The translations under genes and the position numbers were made by a program. From the NCBI RefSeq assembly GCF_003790525.1, contig NZ_CP033635.1: a stretch of 64,000 nt of DNA, one strand, 5' to 3'. Position 1 is the first letter of the stretch; every line of letters starts with the position of its first letter. The DNA is from Escherichia coli. GTDB lineage: Bacteria; Pseudomonadota; Gammaproteobacteria; Enterobacterales; Enterobacteriaceae. This document shows positions 43,805 through 58,264 of this stretch, in pieces. The notes beneath the pieces are model-generated. The model ran no database searches. It saw nothing but the letters and a program-made list of their open reading frames with translations, and was not told the DNA's origin.

Positions 43805-44872
43805 TTAATTGGTTGCCGGATATTCCTGAATGGTGACCTGCAGCGTTAACTGCTTATCATCACGCATCACTACAACCGGGATCACCGAGCCAGGGCGAAT
43901 TTCCGCCACCTGATCCATCGTCTCCAGAGCAGAGATGGCCGGTTTGTTATCCACCGAAATAATCAAATCATTGACCTGAATACCCGCATTCGCCGCCGGG
44001 CCGTCAGGTGACACTTCATTAACCACGATCCCTTGCAGTTGATCTATACCACCGCCCTGCGCGTGCAGTGGTGCGATCTCACGTCCGCCGATACCAATGT
44101 AGCCGCGGATCACGCGACCATCGCGGATCAGTTTATCCATAATTTTGGTTGCTAACTGGAAAGGAATCGCAAAGCCGATACCTTCCGGCGTTTCGCCATC
44201 GTTACTCTTATCAAACGACAGCGTGTTAATGCCCATCAGTTCGCCCAGCGAGTTCACCAGCGCGCCGCCAGAGTTACCGTGGTTAATGGAAGCATCGGTT
44301 TGCAGGAAGTTTTGCCGCCCGGTCGGGTTCAGACCGATTCGACCCGTGGCACTAATAATCCCCTGGGTAATGGTCTGCCCGAGGTTGTACGGGTTACCGA
44401 TCGCCAGTACCACGTCACCAATGTGCGGTACGCGACGTGCATTAATTGGAATGGTAGGTAAACCGCCAGTGGCATTAATTTTAAGTACCGCCAGATCGGT
44501 TAGAGAGTCAGATCCCACCAGCAATGCTTCAAATACACGTCCATCTTGTAAGGCGACGATGATCTGATCGGCGTCGTTGATGACGTGTTTATTGGTGATG
44601 ATATAACCGCGTTGATCCATGATTACACCGGATCCCAGGGTGCGGATCTCAAGCTGGTTGTGAGAGTTGGTGTTCAAACCACGGTTGTAAACGTTAACCA
44701 CCGCTGGCGCGGCGCGGCGAACCGCCAGATTATAGCTGGCAGGCGTCTCATCGGTACTGTCAAATTGCGGAGTGGAAAGCGGGTTAAGGCTGCGCAGCGA
44801 AGGCATGGCAACCAGCAGAATAGCGCCGACAATTAATCCAATCGCAACGGAACGTAAGAGCTTCACAAACAT
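43805..44872 (-). CDS. degS: HtrA-family envelope stress sensor protease
   Basis: 355 aa, GNSGGAL catalytic Ser motif, one PDZ. Confidence 0.93.
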   Translation of the reverse strand: MFVKLLRSVAIGLIVGAILLVAMPSLRSLNPLSTPQFDSTDETPASYNLAVRRAAPAVVNVYNRGLNTNSHNQLEIRTLGSGVIMDQRGYIITNKHVINDADQIIVALQDGRVFEALLVGSDSLTDLAVLKINATGGLPTIPINARRVPHIGDVVLAIGNPYNLGQTITQGIISATGRIGLNPTGRQNFLQTDASINHGNSGGALVNSLGELMGINTLSFDKSNDGETPEGIGFAIPFQLATKIMDKLIRDGRVIRGYIGIGGREIAPLHAQGGGIDQLQGIVVNEVSPDGPAANAGIQVNDLIISVDNKPAISALETMDQVAEIRPGSVIPVVVMRDDKQLTLQVTIQEYPATN

Positions 44873-44961
44873 GATGGAGGCATCGTTAAAAAAGGGAACG
44901 GCAGCAGCATACCACGAGTTAACCGGACATCACACGTCAGCCTGATGCCCGGTTTACGACA

Positions 44962-46329
44962 TTAACGCATCAGCAGATAGATGCTTTCATTGCCGCGTAC
45001 AATTTGCAGGGCGATGATGGCCGGTTTTGCCGCCAGCACTTTACGCATTTCAGCAATCGAGTTCACCCGATCGCGGTTGACGCCAATGATCACATCGTCT
45101 TTTTGCAAGCCAGCCTGAGCAGCTGGGCTTCCTTTGACAACCTCATCGATCTTAATACCTTTGCCGCCATCTTTTAGCTGACCATCGCTCAACGTTGCAC
45201 CTTCCAGCGCTGGCGTGATCATTTCAGCGCTGGCCGACGAAGAGGTGCTGGTATCAAGCGTCACTTCTACTTCCAGTGGTTTGCCGTTACGCAGCAGGCC
45301 AAGTTTCACTTTTGTGCCCGGCTCGGTGGTCGCGATACGAGAGCGCAACTCAGCAAAGCTATTCAGCGGTTTGCCGTTGAGGCTGGTAATAATATCGCCC
45401 GCTTTGATGCCCGCTTTTGCCGAGCCAGAACCTGGCAACACTTCGCTGACAAACGCGCCACGCTGCACGTCAAGGTTGAAGGCTTTGGCGATATCGGCAC
45501 TCATCTCTGTGCCTTTGATGCCTAACAGACCGCGTTTGATTTCACCGAAGTCGATAAGCTGCTGCGCCAGTGTTCGCGCCATATTACTGGGGATGGCAAA
45601 TCCAATCCCGACGCTCCCACCGCCAGGCGCAAGGATTGCAGTGTTGATGCCAATTAACTCACCGTTAAGGTTTAACAGTGCACCGCCGGAGTTACCGCGG
45701 TTAATGGAAGCATCTGTCTGGATAAAGTTTTCAAGACCTTCAAGATTCAACCCGCTGCGGCCTAATGCGGAAACAATGCCAGAGGTGGCGGTTTGCCCAA
45801 GGCCAAATGGGTTACCGACCGCCACGGCAAAATCACCGACGCGCAATTTATCGGAGTCGGCAATAGCGATTTGCGTTAATTTGCTCGGGTTTTGAATTTG
45901 CAACAGGGCGATATCGCTCTGGTCATCGCTACCAATCAGTTTTGCATCAAACTCGCGCCCATCATTGAGCTGAATACTGATTTTCTGTGCCTGATTAATC
46001 ACATGGTTGTTGGTCAGCACATAGCCTTTACTGGCGTTGATGATGACACCGGAGCCTAAACCTTCGAAGGGTTGTGCAGGTTGATCCGGTAAATCATCAC
46101 CAAAAAACTTTTTGAATTCTTCCGGGATTTTCTGTCCCTGACTGGCCGTTCCTTCCACCCGTACGCTCACCACTGCCGGAAGCACTTTTTCCAGCATTGG
46201 GGCCAGACTGGGGAGAGGGGCCTGATCGGCAACCTGGCCTGGAATCGACGCAACGGCCTGAAATGACGCCGAGAGAGTTAACCCGACACTTAACGCTAAT
46301 GCACTCAACAGCTGGGTTTGTTTTTTCAT
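44962..46329 (-). CDS. degQ: periplasmic HtrA-family protease
   Basis: 455 aa from MKKQTQLLSALALSVGLTLSASFQAVA; GNSGGAL motif, two PDZ. Confidence 0.93.
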   Translation of the reverse strand: MKKQTQLLSALALSVGLTLSASFQAVASIPGQVADQAPLPSLAPMLEKVLPAVVSVRVEGTASQGQKIPEEFKKFFGDDLPDQPAQPFEGLGSGVIINASKGYVLTNNHVINQAQKISIQLNDGREFDAKLIGSDDQSDIALLQIQNPSKLTQIAIADSDKLRVGDFAVAVGNPFGLGQTATSGIVSALGRSGLNLEGLENFIQTDASINRGNSGGALLNLNGELIGINTAILAPGGGSVGIGFAIPSNMARTLAQQLIDFGEIKRGLLGIKGTEMSADIAKAFNLDVQRGAFVSEVLPGSGSAKAGIKAGDIITSLNGKPLNSFAELRSRIATTEPGTKVKLGLLRNGKPLEVEVTLDTSTSSSASAEMITPALEGATLSDGQLKDGGKGIKIDEVVKGSPAAQAGLQKDDVIIGVNRDRVNSIAEMRKVLAAKPAIIALQIVRGNESIYLLMR

Positions 46330-46482
46330 TATTCCTGCTCTCGTACCTGAATGATAAGAAAAGAGATTCAAAACAGTTTGATGTTATTGAATTTTCAGAC
46401 GGCTAACAATGAGACACCAGATTAAATGATAGTCGGGGAGGGAGAGAAGAGGAGGGCGCAATGGCTGCGCCCGAAAAATAAA

Positions 46483-46881
46483 TTAGTCGCGCTTCGCGCC
46501 AGTACGCAGCAGGCCGGATGCGCCTTCAGAATAGTCGCGAGGCATTTGCACCGGTGCCTGATCGTTGCTGGCTTCAGACTCTGCCAGACGATTACGGAAC
46601 GGGTTTGCTTCAGCAGACAGTTCCGGCAGCAGGCTGCTGGAGCTTTTCGCCATGTGTTGATACAGCTGGCGATAGTCGTGCGCCATGGTATCCAGTAATT
46701 CCGCGCTGCGGGCAAAGTGGCTAACCAGCTCTTCGCGATACTCGTCCAGTTCAGCTTTATTCTTTTCCAGTTCGTACTGCAACGCCTGTTGCTGGCGTAG
46801 TTTACGATTACCAAAACGCATGGCCACAGCACCAATAATGATGCCGACGACTAACCCAATTAGCGCATATTCCCAGGTCAT
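46483..46881 (-). CDS. yhcB: inner-membrane protein YhcB (ZapG)
   Basis: 132 aa, N-terminal TM helix. Confidence 0.88.
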   Translation of the reverse strand: MTWEYALIGLVVGIIIGAVAMRFGNRKLRQQQALQYELEKNKAELDEYREELVSHFARSAELLDTMAHDYRQLYQHMAKSSSSLLPELSAEANPFRNRLAESEASNDQAPVQMPRDYSEGASGLLRTGAKRD

Positions 46882-47074
46882 GAACATCTCCCGTTGTCTT
46901 TTGTTTCCGTAGGGTGTTGGCTTCAGGCTCCATGCCTGCGGCTGATTATGCCACTATAACCGTTAATTCCACAGAAGTGGAATCCCGACTGCATATCGCG
47001 TAGTGTAGAACGGCCTTTTTTTCGTCAACCGTGAACAACGGCGCACCGATTATTCAAGGAATAACAATAAGATC

Positions 47075-48202
47075 ATGCAAAGCGTTACCCCAACATCGCA
47101 ATACCTGAAGGCGCTCAATGAAGGCAGCCATCAACCCGACGACGTTCAAAAAGAGGCCGTCAGCCGCCTGGAAATTATTTATCAGGAACTCATCAATAGC
47201 ACGCCTCCAGCCCCTAGGACGAGTGGGCTAATGGCGCGGGTCGGTAAGCTGTGGAGTAAACGCGAAGACACAAAGCATACGCCAGTGCGTGGCTTATATA
47301 TGTGGGGCGGTGTAGGACGCGGGAAAACCTGGCTGATGGACCTTTTCTATCAAAGCCTGCCGGGAGAGCGGAAACAGCGTCTGCACTTTCACCGTTTTAT
47401 GCTGCGGGTGCACGAAGAGCTGACCGAATTACAAGGCCAAAGCGATCCGCTGGAAATTATTGCCGATCGCTTTAAAGCAGAAACTGACGTGCTCTGTTTT
47501 GACGAATTTTTTGTTTCTGATATTACCGATGCCATGCTACTTGGCGGTCTGATGAAAGCCCTGTTCGCCCGAGGTATTACCCTGGTAGCGACGTCAAATA
47601 TTCCGCCGGACGAACTTTATCGAAATGGCCTACAACGTGCGCGTTTTTTGCCTGCAATCGATGCCATTAAACAGCATTGTGATGTAATGAACGTGGACGC
47701 TGGTGTTGATTATCGACTGCGTACACTCACTCAGGCGCATCTGTGGCTTTCGCCCCTCAACGATGAAACCCGGGCGCAAATGGATAAACTATGGTTGGCG
47801 CTGGCGGGGGCGAAACGAGAAAATTCACCGACATTAGAAATCAACCATCGGCCATTGGCGACAATGGGCGTCGAGAACCAGACGCTGGCGGTCTCTTTTA
47901 CTACGCTGTGCGTCGACGCCCGCAGTCAGCATGACTATATTGCGCTCTCACGCCTCTTTCACACGGTCATGTTGTTTGATGTACCAGTTATGACGCGGTT
48001 GATGGAGAGCGAAGCGCGGCGCTTTATTGCGCTGGTGGATGAGTTTTACGAGCGCCATGTCAAATTAGTGGTGAGTGCAGAAGTGCCGCTATATGACATT
48101 TATCAGGGCGAGCGGCTGAAATTTGAGTTCCAGCGTTGCCTGTCACGTCTGCAAGAGATGCAAAGCGAAGAGTATCTGAAGCGCGAGCATTTAGCGGGTT
48201 AA
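47075..48202 (+). CDS. zapE: cell-division ATPase ZapE
   Basis: 375 aa, Walker A GGVGRGKT. Confidence 0.9.
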   Translation: MQSVTPTSQYLKALNEGSHQPDDVQKEAVSRLEIIYQELINSTPPAPRTSGLMARVGKLWSKREDTKHTPVRGLYMWGGVGRGKTWLMDLFYQSLPGERKQRLHFHRFMLRVHEELTELQGQSDPLEIIADRFKAETDVLCFDEFFVSDITDAMLLGGLMKALFARGITLVATSNIPPDELYRNGLQRARFLPAIDAIKQHCDVMNVDAGVDYRLRTLTQAHLWLSPLNDETRAQMDKLWLALAGAKRENSPTLEINHRPLATMGVENQTLAVSFTTLCVDARSQHDYIALSRLFHTVMLFDVPVMTRLMESEARRFIALVDEFYERHVKLVVSAEVPLYDIYQGERLKFEFQRCLSRLQEMQSEEYLKREHLAG

Positions 48203-48333
48203 AACCTGCCACAAATCACAAAAAGGGGTCGATCTTTGACCCCGACTTCTCTATAATCCTGCGACCCCACGTTACAAGAAAGTTTTTTTCCCAAAACTTT
48301 TTGTGTGCTGGCATAGGCTATTCGAAGGGGTAG

Positions 48334-48849
<516 letters not shown>

Positions 48850-48861
48850 TCGGGATTATAG

Positions 48862-49257
<396 letters not shown>

Positions 49258-49292
49258 TTGGCTTCTGCTCCGGCAGAAAACAATTTGCGAAA

Positions 49293-49317
49293 AAACCCGC
49301 TTCGGCGGGTTTTTTTA
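49293..49317 (+). terminator. rho-independent terminator after rpsI
   Basis: AAAAACCCGC-TTCG-GCGGGTTTTTTT. Confidence 0.88.
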
Positions 49318-49650
49318 TGGCTAAATTCTGAATCAGCGTAAAAAATGGAAAGTTGCTTTTTGCTGCCGTCTGACAACAGGCAAAACAAAAACCACATCGC
49401 CAATAAGGGACTAAGTCAACTATTTCAGACTAAAGCGCATCTCTTTTTCCCCATTTCCGGCATCGACTCACCACAAAGGTCGCAAAATCTGGTAAACTAT
49501 CATCCAATTTTCTGCCCAAATGTCGGGTATTGCTCATTTTTTGTTTGATTTTCGAACAAAGAGAGTCGTTCCTTACTGGGTAACACAACTTCTGACTGGC
49601 CACCTGGTGGCTGGTAGCAGTAAAAATTCTGACTATACCTGGAGGTTTTC

Positions 49651-50289
49651 ATGGCTGTCGCTGCCAACAAACGTTCGGTAATGACGCTGTTTTCCGGTCC
49701 TACTGACATCTATAGCCATCAGGTCCGCATTGTGCTGGCTGAGAAAGGTGTAAGTTTCGAGATCGAACACGTGGAAAAGGACAATCCGCCTCAGGATCTG
49801 ATTGACCTCAACCCGAATCAGAGCGTTCCGACCCTGGTGGATCGTGAGCTGACCCTGTGGGAATCTCGCATCATTATGGAATATCTGGATGAGCGTTTCC
49901 CGCATCCGCCACTGATGCCTGTTTACCCGGTAGCTCGCGGTGAAAGCCGTCTGTACATGCATCGCATCGAAAAAGACTGGTACACGCTGATGAACACCAT
50001 CATCAACGGTTCAGCTTCTGAAGCAGATGCCGCACGTAAGCAACTGCGCGAAGAACTGCTGGCGATTGCGCCGGTCTTCGGTCAGAAGCCGTACTTCCTG
50101 AGCGATGAGTTCAGCCTGGTCGATTGCTACCTTGCTCCGCTGCTGTGGCGTTTGCCGCAACTGGGCATCGAGTTCAGCGGCCCGGGGGCGAAAGAGCTGA
50201 AAGGCTATATGACCCGCGTCTTTGAGCGTGACTCTTTCCTTGCTTCTTTAACTGAAGCTGAACGTGAAATGCGTCTGGGCCGGAGTTAA
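49651..50289 (+). CDS. sspA: stringent starvation protein A
   Basis: 212 aa GST-like. Confidence 0.95.
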   Translation: MAVAANKRSVMTLFSGPTDIYSHQVRIVLAEKGVSFEIEHVEKDNPPQDLIDLNPNQSVPTLVDRELTLWESRIIMEYLDERFPHPPLMPVYPVARGESRLYMHRIEKDWYTLMNTIINGSASEADAARKQLREELLAIAPVFGQKPYFLSDEFSLVDCYLAPLLWRLPQLGIEFSGPGAKELKGYMTRVFERDSFLASLTEAEREMRLGRS

Positions 50290-50294
50290 TCTGT

Positions 50295-50792
50295 ATGGAT
50301 TTGTCACAGCTAACACCACGTCGTCCCTATCTGCTGCGTGCATTCTATGAGTGGTTGCTGGATAACCAGCTCACGCCGCACCTGGTGGTGGATGTGACGC
50401 TCCCTGGCGTGCAGGTTCCTATGGAATATGCGCGTGACGGGCAAATCGTACTCAACATTGCGCCGCGAGCTGTCGGCAATCTGGAACTGTCGAATGATGA
50501 GGTGCGCTTTAACGCGCGCTTTGGTGGCATTCCGCGTCAGGTTTCTGTGCCGCTGGCTGCCGTGCTGGCTATCTACGCCCGTGAAAATGGCGCAGGCACG
50601 ATGTTTGAGCCTGAAGCTGCCTACGATGAAGATGCCAGCATCATGAATGATGAAGAGGCATCGGCAGACAACGAAACCGTTATGTCGGTTATTGATGGCG
50701 ACAAGCCAGATCACGATGATGACACTCATCCTGACGATGAACCACCGCAGCCACCACGCGGTGGTCGACCAGCATTACGCGTTGTGAAGTAA
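50295..50792 (+). CDS. sspB: ClpXP adaptor SspB
   Basis: 165 aa, acidic tail ending ALRVVK. Confidence 0.95.
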   Translation: MDLSQLTPRRPYLLRAFYEWLLDNQLTPHLVVDVTLPGVQVPMEYARDGQIVLNIAPRAVGNLELSNDEVRFNARFGGIPRQVSVPLAAVLAIYARENGAGTMFEPEAAYDEDASIMNDEEASADNETVMSVIDGDKPDHDDDTHPDDEPPQPPRGGRPALRVVK

Positions 50793-50835
50793 TACTAAAA
50801 CAGGCCCTGGCGGCCTGTTTTGTCTTTTTAATCGC

Positions 50836-52203
50836 TTAATAAAATAGCGTGATAGTGGCAATCATATTCACCACGAAACCGACTGCCATGGGGATCGCTG
50901 TCCGCTTCACTACCGCAAAAGGCGAAACGCCTGCAATTCCTGACGTAACGACCACCACCGCAGTAATCGGCGAAACAGCGCGCGCTAGCGTCGTGGCAAA
51001 ATGCATTGGCATAATCATTACAACCGCTGGTACATGTAGTCCGGCTGCGATATTCGGAATAAGACTGGCAAATGACATAAACGGCGCATTGCCTGAGCCC
51101 ATCACAATGGCACAAATGGCAATGACCAGCGCCATAATAATCATCACGCCAATACCGCCCAGACCAGAATGCTCCGCCCCCCTGATAACCGCATCGACAG
51201 TGCCAATCGTCGTTAAGCCTTTCGCAAATATTTCACCCGCGACCACCAGCGTTACCACGTTGGCAAACTGCGTACCCATGCCGTCAAAAAACGCCTGCAC
51301 ATCGTCCATTGTTTCGCGCAAGTTATGCTTGCGGAAGAACTCAACAAACATCGTCACCGTCAAACTCAGTAACATCACCACCACCAGATGCAGTTCTGAC
51401 TGCATCAGCCCGACGTGGGCAAGGAACAGCGAGCCGAGCATCAGGATTAACGGCATCACCGGTAAAATGGCGTAATAGAGCGGCGGGACATTATCGAGAG
51501 CTTTTTGCTCTGCCTGTTCGTGATTGATATGTTTATCTTTTTTGTCGAAAGCGCGTTGCACGAAAAAGTGGGAGATCGCCACCGAGATAATGACGCAAGA
51601 GGCGACCGGAAGCTGGTAGTGGAAGAAGTAAGTGGCAATTTTCATTCCTGCGACCTGGGCAGCAAAAATGGAGTTCGTTTCCAGAATCCCCCACTCAATG
51701 GACATGGTGGTTGCGATAACCGCCACCGCAGAGAGACGACTTACTCCCAGACTCACCAGCGTCGGAAATAAGGTGACCATCAGCAACATACCCAGACCGG
51801 AGGCGCTGGTAATAAACTGCGCCATGATTTGGCCGATGACGTAAGTTGCCGACAGAATAATATACGGCGAGCGAATGAGTTTTAACGGGCGGCTTAACAA
51901 GCTCACCATCGCGCGACTTGCCCCTATGCGCTCCATATAGCGGGCATAACCGCCCACTGCCATAATCGACAGCCCCAATCCGGCAATGCGGTTGGACAGC
52001 ATGCGCAGGATTTCATTATAAATATCGACGATCAAGTAGCCGCTGCTTTTGGCGGGATCGAGCACACCACCGAACCCTAACCAGACACCGCACATCATCA
52101 GGAAGATACCTGCGGCAGCCAGCACCACCTGAGGTTTGTAGTTTTTCAGGATCAAATAGCCCATCGTAATTAATACGATGACAGATATAATTATGCCGAA
52201 CAT
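50836..52203 (-). CDS. dcuD: C4-dicarboxylate transporter DcuC-family
   Basis: 455 aa from [12 protein letters not shown]. Confidence 0.88.
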   Translation of the reverse strand: MFGIIISVIVLITMGYLILKNYKPQVVLAAAGIFLMMCGVWLGFGGVLDPAKSSGYLIVDIYNEILRMLSNRIAGLGLSIMAVGGYARYMERIGASRAMVSLLSRPLKLIRSPYIILSATYVIGQIMAQFITSASGLGMLLMVTLFPTLVSLGVSRLSAVAVIATTMSIEWGILETNSIFAAQVAGMKIATYFFHYQLPVASCVIISVAISHFFVQRAFDKKDKHINHEQAEQKALDNVPPLYYAILPVMPLILMLGSLFLAHVGLMQSELHLVVVMLLSLTVTMFVEFFRKHNLRETMDDVQAFFDGMGTQFANVVTLVVAGEIFAKGLTTIGTVDAVIRGAEHSGLGGIGVMIIMALVIAICAIVMGSGNAPFMSFASLIPNIAAGLHVPAVVMIMPMHFATTLARAVSPITAVVVVTSGIAGVSPFAVVKRTAIPMAVGFVVNMIATITLFY

Positions 52204-52582
52204 TGTTGAACTCCGTGTCAAAAGAAAACGGTCAATCCCATAAACGGCAGATTGAAAACAATGATGTTATATTTTTTGCAAGGCTATTTATGGTGCGGAT
52301 GTCGTGTTTTTAATTGTAGATGAGGTGATTTTTCATTAAAAAATATGCGCTTATGATTATTTTGTAAGAACACATTCATAATATTCATAATACTTGTTAA
52401 TAGTCTTATGAATAATTCAATCGGGATGTTTTTATCTGCGTTACATTAATTTTTCGCAATAGTTAATTATTCAGTTAATTATAGTAATGATGAGGCACAA
52501 AGAGAAAACCCCGCCATTTCCCCCTACTTTCAATCCTGTGATAGGATGTCACTGATGATGTTAATCACACTGACCTTACAGA

Positions 52583-53374
52583 ATGGGCCTTATGAACGCA
52601 TTTGATTCGCAAACCGAAGATTCTTCACCTGTAATTGGCCGCAACTTACGCAGCCGCCCGCTGGCGCGTAAAAAACTCTCCGAAATGGTGGAAGAAGAGC
52701 TGGAACAGATGATCCGCCGTCGTGAATTTGGCGAAGGTGAACAATTACCGTCTGAACGCGAACTGATGGCGTTCTTTAACGTCGGGCGTCCTTCGGTGCG
52801 TGAAGCGCTGGCAGCGTTAAAACGCAAAGGTCTGGTGCAGATAAACAACGGCGAACGCGCTCGCGTCTCACGTCCTTCTGCGGACACCATCATCGGCGAG
52901 CTTTCCGGCATGGCGAAAGATTTCCTTTCTCATCCTGGCGGGATTGCCCATTTCGAACAATTACGTCTGTTCTTTGAATCCAGCCTGGTGCGCTATGCGG
53001 CTGAACACGCTACCGATGAGCAAATCGATTTGCTGGCAAAAGCACTGGAAATCAACAGTCAGTCGCTGGATAACAACGCGGCATTCATTCGTTCAGACGT
53101 TGATTTCCACCGCGTGCTGGCGGAGATCCCCGGTAACCCAATCTTCATGGCGATCCACGTTGCCCTGCTCGACTGGCTGATCGCCGCACGTCCAACCGTG
53201 GCTGATCAGGCTCTGCACGAGCATAACAACGTTAGCTATCAACAGCATATTGCGATCGTTGACGCGATCCGCCGCCACGATCCCGATGAAGCCGATCGCG
53301 CGTTGCAATCGCATCTCAACAGCGTCTCTGCTACCTGGCACGCCTTCGGTCAGACCACCAACAAAAAGAAATAA
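52583..53374 (+). CDS. nanR: GntR/FadR-family repressor of sialic acid catabolism
   Basis: 263 aa. Confidence 0.93.
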   Translation: MGLMNAFDSQTEDSSPVIGRNLRSRPLARKKLSEMVEEELEQMIRRREFGEGEQLPSERELMAFFNVGRPSVREALAALKRKGLVQINNGERARVSRPSADTIIGELSGMAKDFLSHPGGIAHFEQLRLFFESSLVRYAAEHATDEQIDLLAKALEINSQSLDNNAAFIRSDVDFHRVLAEIPGNPIFMAIHVALLDWLIAARPTVADQALHEHNNVSYQQHIAIVDAIRRHDPDEADRALQSHLNSVSATWHAFGQTTNKKK

Positions 53375-53437
53375 TGCCACTTTAGTGAAGCAGATCGCAT
53401 TATAAGCTTTCTGTATGGGGTGTTGCTTAATTGATCT

Positions 53438-53460
53438 GGTATAACAGGTATAAAGGTATA
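53438..53460 (+). promoter_or_regulatory. NanR operator: three direct GGTATA repeats in the nanA promoter
   Basis: GGTATAACAGGTATAAAGGTATA seen directly; NanR binding to GGTATA repeats is established. Confidence 0.8.
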
Positions 53461-53495
53461 TCGTTTATCAGACAAGCATCACTTCAGAGGTATTT

Positions 53496-54389
53496 ATGGC
53501 AACGAATTTACGTGGCGTAATGGCCGCACTCCTGACTCCTTTTGATCAACAACAAGCACTGGATAAAGCGAGTCTGCGTCGCCTGGTTCAGTTCAATATT
53601 CAGCAGGGCATCGACGGTTTATACGTGGGTGGTTCTACCGGCGAAGCCTTTGTACAAAGCCTTTCCGAGCGTGAACAGGTACTGGAAATCGTCGCCGAAG
53701 AGGCGAAAGGCAAGATTAAACTCATCGCTCACGTAGGTTGCGTCAGCACCGCCGAAAGCCAACAACTTGCGGCATCGGCTAAACGTTATGGCTTCGATGC
53801 CGTCTCCGCCGTCACACCGTTCTACTATCCTTTCAGCTTTGAAGAACACTGCGATCACTATCGGGCAATTATTGATTCAGCGGATGGTTTGCCGATGGTG
53901 GTGTACAACATTCCGGCGTTAAGTGGCGTTAAACTGAGCCTGGATCAGATCAACACTCTGGTTACGTTGCCAGGTGTTGGCGCGCTGAAACAGACCTCTG
54001 GCGATCTCTATCAGATGGAGCAGATCCGTCGTGAACATCCGGATCTGGTGCTCTATAACGGTTACGACGAAATCTTCGCCTCTGGTCTTCTGGCGGGCGC
54101 TGATGGTGGTATCGGTAGTACCTACAACATCATGGGCTGGCGTTATCAGGGCATTGTTAAGGCGCTGAAAGAAGGCGATATCCAGACCGCGCAGAAGCTG
54201 CAAACCGAATGTAATAAAGTCATTGATTTACTGATCAAAACGGGCGTATTCCGCGGCCTGAAAACGGTCCTCCATTATATGGATGTCGTTTCTGTGCCGC
54301 TGTGCCGCAAACCGTTTGGTCCGGTAGATGAAAAATATCTGCCAGAACTGAAGGCGCTGGCCCAGCAGTTGATGCAAGAGCGCGGGTGA
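53496..54389 (+). CDS. nanA: N-acetylneuraminate lyase
   Basis: 297 aa. Confidence 0.95.
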
Positions 54390-54497
54390 GTTTTTTCCCC
54401 TCGCTCGCCCCTACCGGGTGAGGGGAAATAAACGCATCTGTACCCTACAATTTTCATACCAAAGCGTGTGGGCATCGCCCACCGCGGGAGACTCACA

Positions 54498-55988
54498 ATG
54501 AGTACTACAACCCAGAATATCCCGTGGTATCGCCATCTTAACCGCGCACAATGGCGGGCATTTTCCGCTGCCTGGTTGGGATATCTGCTTGACGGTTTTG
54601 ATTTCGTTTTAATCGCCCTGGTACTCACCGAAGTACAGGGTGAATTCGGGCTGACGACGGTGCAGGCGGCAAGTCTGATCTCCGCAGCCTTTATCTCTCG
54701 CTGGTTCGGCGGCCTGATGCTCGGCGCTATGGGTGACCGCTACGGGCGTCGTCTGGCAATGGTCACCAGCATCGTTCTCTTCTCGGCCGGGACGCTGGCC
54801 TGCGGCTTTGCGCCAGGCTACATCACCATGTTTATCGCTCGTCTGGTCATCGGCATGGGGATGGCGGGTGAATACGGTTCCAGCGCCACCTATGTCATTG
54901 AAAGCTGGCCAAAGCATCTGCGTAACAAAGCCAGTGGTTTTCTGATTTCCGGCTTCTCAGTGGGGGCCGTCGTTGCCGCTCAGGTCTATAGCCTGGTGGT
55001 TCCGGTCTGGGGCTGGCGTGCGCTGTTCTTTATCGGCATTTTGCCAATCATCTTTGCTCTCTGGCTGCGTAAAAACATCCCGGAAGCGGAAGACTGGAAA
55101 GAGAAACACGGGGGTAAAGCACCGGTACGCACGATGGTAGACATTCTTTACCGTGGTGAACATCGCATTGCCAATATCGTAATGACACTGGCGGCGGCTA
55201 CTGCGCTGTGGTTCTGCTTCGCCGGTAACCTGCAAAATGCCGCGATCGTCGCTGTTCTTGGGCTGTTATGCGCCGCAATCTTTATCAGCTTTATGGTGCA
55301 GAGTACGGGCAAACGCTGGCCAACGGGCGTAATGCTGATGGTGGTCGTGTTGTTTGCTTTCCTCTACTCATGGCCGATTCAGGCGCTGCTGCCAACGTAT
55401 CTGAAAACCGATCTGGCTTATGACCCGCATACTGTCGCCAATGTGCTGTTCTTTAGTGGCTTTGGCGCGGCGGTGGGGTGCTGCGTCGGTGGCTTCCTCG
55501 GTGACTGGCTGGGAACCCGCAAAGCGTACGTTTGTAGTCTGCTGGCCTCGCAGCTGCTGATTATTCCGGTATTTGCGATTGGCGGCGCAAACGTCTGGGT
55601 GCTCGGTCTGTTACTGTTCTTCCAGCAAATGCTTGGACAAGGGATCGCCGGGATCTTACCGAAACTGATTGGCGGTTATTTCGATACCGACCAGCGTGCA
55701 GCGGGCCTGGGCTTTACCTACAACGTTGGCGCATTGGGCGGCGCACTGGCCCCAATCATCGGCGCGTTGATCGCTCAACGTCTGGATCTGGGTACTGCGC
55801 TGGCATCGCTCTCGTTCAGTTTGACGTTTGTGGTGATCCTGCTGATTGGTCTGGATATGCCTTCTCGCGTTCAGCGTTGGCTGCGCCCGGAAGCATTGCG
55901 TACTCATGACGCTATCGACGGCAAACCATTTAGCGGTGCCGTGCCATTTGGCAGCGCCAAAAACGATTTAGTCAAAACCAAAAGTTAA
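54498..55988 (+). CDS. nanT: sialic acid MFS transporter
   Basis: 496 aa from [15 protein letters not shown]. Confidence 0.93.
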
Positions 55989-56035
55989 TCCTGTTGCCCG
56001 GTCTATGTACCGGGCCTTTCGCTAAGGGAAGATGT

Positions 56036-56721
56036 ATGTCGTTACTTGCACAACTGGATCAAAAAATCGCTGCTAACGGTGGCCTGATTGTCTCCTGCCA
56101 GCCGGTTCCTGACAGCCCGCTCGATAAACCCGAAATCGTCGCAGCCATGGCATTAGCGGCAGAGCAGGCGGGCGCGGTTGCCATTCGCATCGAAGGTGTG
56201 GTAAATCTGCAAGCCACGCGTGCGGTGGTGAGCGTGCCAATTATCGGGATTGTCAAACGCGATCTGGAGGATTCTCCGGTACGTATCACGGCCTATATTG
56301 AAGATGTCGATGCGCTGGCGCAGGCGGGCGCGGACATTATCGCCATTGACGGCACCGACCGCCCGCGTCCGGTGCCTGTTGAAACGCTGCTGGCACGTAT
56401 CCATCATCACGGTTTACTGGCGATGACCGACTGCTCAACGCCGGAAGACGGCCTGGCATGCCAAAAGCTGGGAGCCGAAATTATTGGCACTACGCTTTCT
56501 GGCTATACCACGCCTGAAACGCCAGAAGAGCCGGATCTGGCGCTGGTGAAAACGTTGAGCGACGCCGGATGTCGAGTGATTGCCGAAGGGCGTTACAACA
56601 CGCCTGCTCAGGCGGCGGATGCGATGCGCCACGGCGCGTGGGCGGTGACGGTCGGTTCTGCCATTACGCGTCTTGAACACATTTGTCAGTGGTACAACAC
56701 AGCGATGAAAAAGGCGGTGCT

Positions 56722-56725
<4 letters not shown>
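56036..56725 (+). CDS. nanE: N-acetylmannosamine-6-phosphate 2-epimerase
   Basis: 229 aa from [22 protein letters not shown]. Confidence 0.93.
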
Positions 56726-58058
<1,333 letters not shown>

Positions 58059-58264
58059 ACGTATTCGCTCAGGCAGGGGGCGCTGGTTGGGAACTCAACG
58101 TTGGCATGGTTTCGCTGCTCTTGTGTAGATGTGTTGCAGTTATTTGCGACATTCCGCCGGAGTAGCGGAACTATGGAAAACGGCAATTGGCGCTCTTATC
58201 CCTTAGCTTTGTAAGGCTTAATTTTGGTAGAATGGGGAATCGTTTAACGGAAAAAAACAATCAG

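Noticed and set aside
58173-58205. 10-codon ORF (MENGNWRSYP) upstream of the AT-rich cassette as a possible leader peptide
   Set aside because: Too short and without a convincing ribosome-binding site; noted only because it precedes the candidate promoter.
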